Below, piece after piece: positions 32,020-38,605 of a DNA stretch of 64,000 nucleotides (its first letter is position 1; every line of letters begins with the position of its first letter). The stretch is from Patescibacteria group bacterium (GTDB lineage Bacteria; Patescibacteriota; Patescibacteriia; 2-12-FULL-60-25), in the NCBI GenBank assembly GCA_043818395.1, contig JBDRFZ010000030.1:10704-74703 (forward strand). Reading direction: 5' to 3'. Under the pieces are notes generated by a model. It made no database searches. It worked only from the letters and a program-made list of their open reading frames with translations, and was not told the origin of the DNA. Made by a program: the position numbers and the translations under genes.

Positions 32020-32182
32020 GTAAAAATAAAGAAGGGTTGTAAAGGCAGTCTAGGCACCTTACAAATAAACTCAAAGGCTTGAAGGAGAGAGCAAGTCCGC
32101 GAATCCAATTTTATACACCAAGGGGTGATGGATTCGGGCGCTTTTTCCTAAAAGCTACCGAGTTCCATCACCCTTTTTGGTT
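32020..32182 (+). ncRNA. candidate ~160-nt terminated leader or sRNA
   Basis: Starts just downstream of the promoter. Hairpins TTGTAAAGG/CCTTACAA and GGCTTG/CAAGTCC are followed by a long terminator hairpin (32122-32132 pairing with 32164-32174, then TTTTT). There is no ORF. Confidence 0.35.
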
Positions 32183-32184
32183 GT

Positions 32185-32900
32185 CAGCTGGAACTTGAAA
32201 GGCAGACCCTACATTCTGCAAAACGGGCTTCGGCCCAAGCGCGGATACTCGAGGTACATAAAAAGCGGCTAGGGCAATAGTCAACAAAGTTTCGTTCGCT
32301 ACTCGCGAACACCGCCCAAAATACCGCTTCTCAATTCTGCCTTTCATATTCCAGCTCGCAAGAGCTTGAACCTTATAACTACCGCGATACTGATTGTTTT
32401 GGAGAATGAAATAGGAGAGAGATCCTGCTCCAAGATAATGAGTCGCATCTCTATTTGGTCCCGAACTAAAACGGGACAGTTGATTCGGAGTAATACCAAA
32501 ACCACCCGCCGAGAGAAGGGTGGCACGGCAAACAACCGGAGATCGACCTCGAAGTCCCTTAGAGAGACTTCGTAGTAACGAGTGCGTCCTGCCCTCTCCG
32601 ACCGTCGGAGGGGACCGGGACAGTCGCTACTACCATGGTTATGTAATAGACGACGGTCAGGACGCGACGAACTTTGACAACAAAATTCTGCTCAAGCGGA
32701 CGAACACCAATAACAATCATCTTGGGTTTCGTTTCGTCCTCTTAAGCAGAGCGCGGTTCTACTGAAGGAGTAACGCACTGGTGCGAAACTCTGGATGATA
32801 AACGGCGCTTGAAGAACGGAGGCCGGTGGCTAGATAAACCGCCGGTTAGAAAAATGGCAAAGTAGAACAAAAAAAATATCAAAATTAATTCGTTCGCGTC
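32185..32900 (+). ncRNA. candidate large structured RNA region (class unknown)
   Basis: No ORF of 60 aa or more has a ribosome-binding site. A 21-position helix with 19 pairs joins 32186-32206 to 32336-32356. A UUCG tetraloop hairpin lies at 32225-32236 and a GCAA tetraloop hairpin at 32353-32366. At least six further clean hairpins were noted, including 32458-32477, 32502-32523, 32550-32572 and 32584-32591/32658-32665. Confidence 0.35.
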
Positions 32901-33424
32901 AATTTTTTCCAAACAGTATTCAATAATAAGTTCGAGGCTCGCAATGAGCCAGAACAGAAAGGAGATCGAGAAAATAGCGGCACAGTTGAGTGCCGATCTC
33001 GCCGATCCGGAGCAGTTCCGGACGGTCATGGAGCTTGCGACCAACCGCTAGCTCCAAACCTCTCCCGCTGTTACGAGGTACAGCGGGAACAAAGAGGAAC
33101 CAACCTCAAAACGCACTCGGAGAGAAGCGCACACTTCTCATCCGATCCGAATTTTGGAAGCCCATAATTACTAAACTTGGGACTAAATCCAGACTTCAGA
33201 TCGGAGCAATCCGAAAATTACTCATGGATTCTCATTTGGCATCATAATCAAAGCGGCGGTAAAAAAGCCACCCACTGAGTTATGGAACCAAACGAGAAGC
33301 TATGAAGCCGGCACGGATAAATTCTGCACGTTGCAGGATCACGTGCGCGGTTGACGCGACTCAAACACGCACAAAACAAATATCGTGGAACGCCACGAGA
33401 ATACGTTTTGTGCAAAGGAGGCAG

Positions 33425-33610
33425 ATGGCCCATTGGCCAGCTTCCGGCCCCCACGGCCAGTGCCCGTGGTGTGGCGCGTCTGAAGACATCGGGGACTGCT
33501 GTCCCGATGCCCAGGCCGCCACCCGCGAGCCCGAGGCCGAGGGTTACCTCTGTGAGGGCGATGAAAACCGCTCTCACGGAGCCGACTCCACCCATCGGGT
33601 GGAGAATTAA
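33425..33610 (+). CDS. possible small Cys-rich protein (61 aa)
   Basis: AAAGGAGG lies 3 nt upstream of the ATG. The peptide MAHWPASGPHGQCPWCGAS...DCCPD has a zinc-ribbon-like Cys pattern. It could also be non-coding GC-rich sequence. Confidence 0.3.
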   Translation: MAHWPASGPHGQCPWCGASEDIGDCCPDAQAATREPEAEGYLCEGDENRSHGADSTHRVEN

Positions 33611-33826
33611 CCCCGGTGGGGAAACAAACGCACCGGCGTGAACCGGGACAGCTCGAACAGGGCGTCATGTGACGTCGTATCGAGTTGCGGGAGATGAGCG
33701 CCGCTTGAGGAGGGAGTGCAAGCGATCTTGCACGAGACTCCATGGCTCAAGCGCCGGAAATGACTGCCGGCGCCTAATCGCGGATTAGTCACCGCGTTTC
33801 GTACATTTCCCGGGTCTATCACCTGG

Positions 33827-34038
33827 GTTTGAGCAAAATCCTTGCTCTCTAAAACGACAGGTCGCGGCGCTTGATCACATGATCTAACATCGCGGGTTTC
33901 ACAGACCATGAATCACTCTTGAGTAATCAAGATCAATTCAAAACTGTGAGCTTGAGACGCCGTCTCCGTTTAGTAGAACGTAAAACTACAGCTACTCGCA
34001 TGCTCTCTTACGCTACTGCACAAGGCAATAGAGAGCAT
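33827..34038 (+). repeat. non-coding module A (paralog of module B)
   Basis: Shares these blocks with 35374-35603: GTTTGAGC(A/G)AAATCC, ATCGCGGGT(T/A)TCACAGACCATG, CAAAACTGTGAG(C/A)TTGAGACGC(C/A)GTCTCCGT and GAACGTAAA. It also shares a terminal hairpin whose loop contains CTGCACAAG. Confidence 0.75.
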
Positions 34039-34106
34039 CCGATCCTATTTCCGCACACTCCCATAAAGAAATCATTCTGGGTTCGTGGTTCGGAAATGAG
34101 ATCGGA

Positions 34107-34676
34107 TTATGGTCGGGCGTTTTCTTCCAATGCCGTTATTCGTTCTTCGTGGCGAAGACTGGCGTTCCGAAGGGAGGAAATCTCGATATCAACAGTCCGA
34201 TGATGCGTGGCGAACCAGTCAACATGCGTCAGAATCTCCTGCTTGAATTCTTGTAGATCATCCTTAGTCGCGAATCCAAGCAGATCATCCTTGGTGGCGA
34301 AACGCTCATCAAGGCGCCGGAATTGATCGTCTGTATGGGAAGATAGGTCGTGAACAGCCTCGAGTATGTCTTGAATTGAGGTTGTGTGTTCCTGGGAAAC
34401 AGATTTTAACCCTGCAACGTCCGTCTTCAGCTCGGTTACATCTGATTTTAACCCTGCAACGTCCGTCTTCAGCTCGGTTACATCCTTTGCAAGGATATTA
34501 ACCGTAGATTTGAGATCGGTCATGTCCTTCGTAAGACCGGCTACGCCTTTAGAAAGACCGGCCATGTCTTTAGAAAGGCCTTGGACTACATCTAAAATCT
34601 TTTCGTTGGCTGAATCAGCGGTCATATGGAGAGCATTAGTGAATGAAGAATAGCATCCTCTAAATACCGCTGCCAT
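34107..34676 (-). CDS. coiled-coil repeat protein (14-aa tandem repeats, ATKDDL motifs)
   Basis: 189-aa ORF. The repeat DVTELKTDVAGLKS occurs twice and FATKDDL occurs twice. The architecture parallels 45083..45478. The start (34676 or 34625) is uncertain. Confidence 0.55.
   Translation of the reverse strand: MAAVFRGCYSSFTNALHMTADSANEKILDVVQGLSKDMAGLSKGVAGLTKDMTDLKSTVNILAKDVTELKTDVAGLKSDVTELKTDVAGLKSVSQEHTTSIQDILEAVHDLSSHTDDQFRRLDERFATKDDLLGFATKDDLQEFKQEILTHVDWFATHHRTVDIEISSLRNASLRHEERITALEENARP
34402..34485. repeat. near-perfect 2 x 42-bp tandem duplication inside the coiled-coil gene
   Basis: GATTTTAACCCTGCAACGTCCGTCTTCAGCTCGGTTACATC(T/C) at 34402-34443 and 34444-34485. The two copies differ only at the last base. 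Confidence 0.9.
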
Positions 34677-34995
34677 AAATCGAGGGAGAGGTCAAGATGT
34701 GGATATTCGGAAACAGCGTTTTCTCGGTAGAAATCGTGATTCGAAAAAGTTCGAAGCACGATTTCTCTCGAGGAGAGAGAAAATTTTGATCGGATGATCT
34801 GAAGCGACGTCTCATACGTGAGCGAATCAAATCAGGCTCGGATCGAACGGCCGCGCGTAACGGTCGATAGCTCCATCGAGAGGTGAAGAAGAAACGTAAG
34901 CGCGGCTCCGACGCATTCGGGCAAGCGAACTCGGCGGATATTGAAACCCGCCTTTCAGAATGGAGCCCGCGGCTAGATAAACCGCGGGAGAGAAC

Positions 34996-35337
34996 ATGGC
35001 CGGCACCTACACCGTCACCGCCACCTCCGTCACCGCCACCTCCACCCCCGCCACCCTGCTCCGGTTGAGCTTCGGCTCGCCGGCGCAGAACGACGTCATC
35101 GTCCGCGACGCCGTCGTCGCCCTCGAGGCCCACAAGCTCGAGGGGGGGAAGCTGGTCCTACTGAATGGGCCCGCTTCCCTGCCAGTGGCTTGCGCCCTCG
35201 CGCACGGCCTCGGGCACATCTTCGGCGCCATCGGGGTCTTCGACCCCAAGATGGCGGGGTACGTAGTCGCGGTCAGTCATGACCCGACGTTCCCCGTGGG
35301 GATGACCATCCCAGCGTCGGAGGTGAAAGAGGGCTGA
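34996..35337 (+). CDS. Csx3-like protein (CARF-related cyclic-oligoadenylate ring nuclease family, Crn3)
   Basis: The segment GKLVLLNGPASLPVACALAHGLGHIFGAIGVFDPKMAGYVVAVSHDP matches my recollection of A. fulgidus Csx3 (G.VISGRGPIWLHCFLAHKYHH...AVYDPRLGAVVVQSH), including the His/Asp positions. Not verified by search. Confidence 0.5.
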   Translation: MAGTYTVTATSVTATSTPATLLRLSFGSPAQNDVIVRDAVVALEAHKLEGGKLVLLNGPASLPVACALAHGLGHIFGAIGVFDPKMAGYVVAVSHDPTFPVGMTIPASEVKEG

Positions 35338-35373
35338 TCACCCTCTCGAAACATATCTCGGATTGATCTCCGA

Positions 35374-35603
35374 GTTTGAGCGAAATCCCAGCTCTAGAAA
35401 ATGATGGGTCGTGATACGAGATCGAGAGATTAAGTATCGCGGGTATCACAGACCATGGAATTAGAAAAAAGTATCGTGTACTGAGTACCGGGTACTATCT
35501 CTCTAAACTCCAAAACTGTGAGATTGAGACGCAGTCTCCGTCCGTGGAACGTAAATTCACTAACACTCGAAACCCACCTAAGCCCTGCACAAGCTGCGGT
35601 GGG
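35374..35603 (+). repeat. non-coding module B (paralog of module A; its terminal hairpin is a paralog of 45023-45068)
   Basis: See module A for the shared blocks. The hairpin ACCCACC/GGTGGGT carries a loop containing CTGCACAAG. Confidence 0.75.
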
Positions 35604-35800
35604 TTCCTCGAACTGAATGTTTAAAAAAATGTCGTCTCGACTAAAACGGAGAGACCTTCAATTTGAAGATCCATTCGACTCGGCCACGGTTCTATTTTTT
35701 GGATAGGCCTTCGCTCAGGATGACAATTTTTAAACGCTCGATTCGAGGAAATGGTTCCTCCAAAACTTTCCCGCAGAACGCGGGAGAAAGGAGACGGCTA

Positions 35801-36385
35801 GTGAAAGTCGTACTCTGTGGACCCCCGCGTTCGGGGAAGTCCTGCCTAAGGCAGGGCTTAAAGGACGCGGTACGGAGCATTCCTGGGGCTCCGTACCCCT
35901 ACGTCATCACCGCGTGCCCCGACGGGGAGGGCTCGTGGTTCCAGGAGACGGTGAACTCCGACCCCGAGGCTGCTGCGAAGTTCAAGGCGGCCTACAAGAG
36001 CAAGTTCACCCCCGAGTTCGTGCGCAGGGTCGCGGACTCGGTGAAAAACTGCACCCTGTCTCTTACGCTGGTGGATATAGGCGGTATCCCCAGCGCAGAG
36101 AATAAAGAAATTTGCGCCGCCGCCACGCACGCCGTTCTTCTCGCAGGGGATACCTCGCGGTTCCCCGAGTGGCGTGAGTTTTGCGAGAAACTCGGAATCT
36201 CTGTCCTGGCCGAGATTGCGAGTAACTACCAAGGCCAGGAAGACTCCCCGCCGTATCTCGACGGCGACGAGGGAGTCTTCGTCGGTTCGGTTCACCACCT
36301 CGAACGCGGTGAACCGGTCGCAGAGCGCCCGACTGTCAAGGCGCTCGCCGAGATTCTGGTCGCGTTGGTCGGCGATCAGGAGTAG
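35801..36385 (+). CDS. P-loop NTPase (kinase/ATPase-like), function unknown
   Basis: AAAGGAGA SD and a GTG start. Walker A (VVLCGPPRSGKSC), an ACPDGEGSW segment and a Walker-B-like LSLTLVDIGG. Confidence 0.6.
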   Translation: MKVVLCGPPRSGKSCLRQGLKDAVRSIPGAPYPYVITACPDGEGSWFQETVNSDPEAAAKFKAAYKSKFTPEFVRRVADSVKNCTLSLTLVDIGGIPSAENKEICAAATHAVLLAGDTSRFPEWREFCEKLGISVLAEIASNYQGQEDSPPYLDGDEGVFVGSVHHLERGEPVAERPTVKALAEILVALVGDQE

Positions 36386-36405
36386 TTAGACCAACCGGGC
36401 GAAGA

Positions 36406-36737
36406 GATCCCTCGACTTCGCTCGGGACGACAGAGGGCAGGAGATATAGCGACTCCTCTTTTAAACAATTCGCTTATCACTCGAAGCTCGGTTGCACATC
36501 CGGGCTCTTCGAATGGAAGTTTGATTGAATTCGTCATTCCCGGGAAAATGGGAATCCAGGTAGCTTGCTGATGGATCCCCGCTTTCGCGAGGATGACGTA
36601 GATCGAAAATCCGTTCGAGGAAGAGTTCCTTGTGTTTTTCTTTCCGCACAGGTCCGGAACAGATGCCTATTTTGACGGATGAGTCAGATGACTCTCTCCG
36701 TCAGGCTACCTGTTATCTTAGGGGGAAGTTCCGGATC
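36406..36737. repeat. left copy of a ~300-bp imperfect direct repeat (E and D modules)
   Basis: E1 (36406-36459) and D1 (36653-36737) are colinear with E2 (43904-43956) and D2 (44123-44207). Shared strings include ACAGAGGGCAGGAGATA, ACTCTCTCCG and GGAAGTTCCGGATC. Confidence 0.6.
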
Positions 36738-36759
36738 GGTGCGGGAATAAAAAACAAAA

Positions 36760-36984
36760 TCAAATTAGTTTTATAAAGTCTTCCGGTGACAGATCGATAT
36801 CGCGCAAAATGCCTCTGAGCGTACCGCGCGGCAAGTCTTGATTGCCATGCATGGGGATGGTTGCCAACCGACCATCACGATGGCGTAATTGAACATGGCT
36901 GCCGCGTTGTCGCGTAATCATAAACCCTGCTTTTTGCAGGGTTGCGATCAATATTTTACCGGAGATAACCGGAAGCGGCGGCAT
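36760..36984 (-). CDS. hicA: HicA-family mRNA interferase toxin
   Basis: 74 aa. GKILIATLQKAGF ... RQRGSHVQLRH is a typical HicA/YcfA core. Confidence 0.85.
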   Translation of the reverse strand: MPPLPVISGKILIATLQKAGFMITRQRGSHVQLRHRDGRLATIPMHGNQDLPRGTLRGILRDIDLSPEDFIKLI

Positions 36985-36989
36985 AACGA

Positions 36990-37223
36990 TCAGATTTGCG
37001 GTTCAGCTACTGTCTCGAAAGTCTCAAAGCTTCTGTCTTCCGGAAGTGACTCGCGATTGGCTGCCATATCTTCCAAATAAAGCTGGATGGCTTCGCGGAT
37101 ATTTTGTTTGGTTTCTTCCAAGGATTTGCCCCAGGTATGACAACCGGGCAACGAAGGTACGAAAGCATGAAAAGACTGACCCTCATCCGGCTCGATGATT
37201 ACTCGATAAGTCAATGCTCTCAT
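36990..37223 (-). CDS. hicB: HicB-family antitoxin (N-terminal UPF0150 fold only)
   Basis: YRVIIEPDEGQSFHAFVPSLPGCHTWGKSLEETKQNIREAIQLYLE. Sits directly upstream of hicA. Start taken at MRALTYR. Confidence 0.8.
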   Translation of the reverse strand: MRALTYRVIIEPDEGQSFHAFVPSLPGCHTWGKSLEETKQNIREAIQLYLEDMAANRESLPEDRSFETFETVAEPQI

Positions 37224-37253
37224 ATGTCTGAAGCCTAACATCGGACGGACGGC

Positions 37254-37305
37254 CTGTCAAAGGCCAAACCTTCCCTTGTCAAACCTTCCCTTGTCAAACC
37301 TTCCC
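37254..37305. repeat. tandem 15-bp repeats TTGTCAAACCTTCCC (2 perfect, 1-2 degenerate)
   Basis: Perfect copies lie at 37276-37290 and 37291-37305, with degenerate copies at 37254-37275. Lies between divergent hicB and the 37404 gene. On the minus strand each unit contains TTGACA. Confidence 0.85.
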
Positions 37306-37403
37306 ATGCTTAAAAAAGGTTCTAAAATTATTTGGAATCTTTTTTGAGGATGAGTATCCTCTGGCGCGCCGGACGAATTCCGGATTTGGCCAACGGAGGA
37401 AAC

Positions 37404-37754
37404 ATGGCCAAAAAAATTCTCTGGATGTCGCGCCATCGACCGACGGCGCGGCAGATCCAGTCGCTCCGCGTCATGTATGGCGCGGATACGGTCGTCGAAG
37501 TGGAGCCGCGGCCCTTCGACGACGCGCGACAGATCGCGCGGCGATTCAAGGAAGGCGGATTCCACGATCTCGTGGTCGTGGCGCCGCTTTCGGTCCTGGC
37601 TGTCTTGTGCGATCAGGGGCTTAAACCTCTGTGGTCACAGGCGGCCGAGGAAAACGATCCCGCGAAGATCGAATTTCGCGGGGCACGTGGGCAGGGCTAC
37701 CGCTTCGTCCGGTTTCGCCGAGTGAAGCGAGTGGCAGTCGAGTTTGAGGACTAA
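37404..37754 (+). CDS. hypothetical protein (116 aa)
   Basis: GGAGGA SD 4 nt upstream of the ATG. GC-rich codon usage consistent with the neighbouring genes. No motif recognised. Confidence 0.5.
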   Translation: MAKKILWMSRHRPTARQIQSLRVMYGADTVVEVEPRPFDDARQIARRFKEGGFHDLVVVAPLSVLAVLCDQGLKPLWSQAAEENDPAKIEFRGARGQGYRFVRFRRVKRVAVEFED

Positions 37755-37778
37755 CAAAAACAAAAAGGAAAGGAAAAA

Positions 37779-38051
37779 ATGGTCCAGAAAGTCTGGACCC
37801 TGGCTTCGGGTCAGGAGGTCGTGGATCGCGACGTCTCGCATATCCATGCGGGCGTCACGGACGAACTCTTATCCGAGGCACTCTCGTCGCTAAGCGTAGG
37901 TGACGGAGAGCGGGTCAAATATACGCATTTCTTCAGACGCACGGTCGGTGTCTCCCATTGCGTGAAAACGCAGGACGGGGAAGCTCCGAAGCGTCATGGG
38001 CAAGCGGTCATCTGCCTTTTTGTGGACAAGATAAACGGGTGCGGGAGTTGA
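37779..38051 (+). CDS. hypothetical protein (90 aa)
   Basis: AGGAAAGGA SD-like stretch before the ATG, 24 nt after the previous stop. Confidence 0.4.
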   Translation: MVQKVWTLASGQEVVDRDVSHIHAGVTDELLSEALSSLSVGDGERVKYTHFFRRTVGVSHCVKTQDGEAPKRHGQAVICLFVDKINGCGS

Positions 38052-38098
38052 TTGGTTCTCTCGCAAGTCCACCCCAAAACTCCGGAAAGGAGAAAACC

Positions 38099-38452
38099 AT
38101 GAACAAGGAAGAATGGAAAGAAGAAAAAGCGCGTCGTCAGGACGCGCTGAAAGAATTTGAAACAAAAAACGCGGCCGAGCTCGAGGCCGCCCGCCACTTG
38201 TTGGCGGAGAACGAGCGCCTGCGCCGGTTGGCGTGGGCTGGCGCCCCCGAAGGGCACGCCCGTTGTTACGGCTACGACGAAGAGTCGGACGTCGACTGCG
38301 ATAAGGTCGTGCCTTTGCGGGAACATGAAAGTGTTCCCGTGGGGTGGTGTATTCGCACCTATGGCTGCGGGTGCAGTGAGCCAGAGACAATGTTTTGTCC
38401 GGCACATGCGCACCAGGCACGCGAAGACCGTTGTGCCGAATGCAGTCGTTAG
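38099..38452 (+). CDS. hypothetical Cys-rich protein (117 aa)
   Basis: GGAAAGGAGA SD before the ATG at 38099. N-terminal helix, then a C-terminal cysteine cluster (CYGY...DC...CIRTYGCGC...CPAH...CAEC). Confidence 0.45.
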   Translation: MNKEEWKEEKARRQDALKEFETKNAAELEAARHLLAENERLRRLAWAGAPEGHARCYGYDEESDVDCDKVVPLREHESVPVGWCIRTYGCGCSEPETMFCPAHAHQAREDRCAECSR

Positions 38453-38605
38453 TTCTTTCTCGCGGTGCGCTCACGTTTTGTGATGCGCACCGCCCGTTTT
38501 TTTCGTACATATTGGATGGTCCGATGTGCACGGAAAGTTCGGTCGGCGATGACGTAATCGTCGCTACAAAAAAAAGGCCGCCAAGGGCGGCAGAAAGAGA
38601 ATCAC

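Noticed and set aside
33827-35603. Modules A and B interpreted as integron attC sites, group II intron domains or IS ends
   Set aside because: No RYYYAAC/GTTRRRY core sites, no domain V-like GAGC...GAAA...hairpin consensus and no terminal inverted repeats or transposase genes were seen. The modules are kept as unexplained paralogous non-coding modules.
37257-37565. ORF 37257..37565 (minus strand, 102 aa) ending in GRFDKGRFDKGRFGL
   Set aside because: The repetitive C-terminus is just the translation of the 15-bp tandem DNA repeats. The ORF lies antisense to a plus-strand gene that has a good SD.
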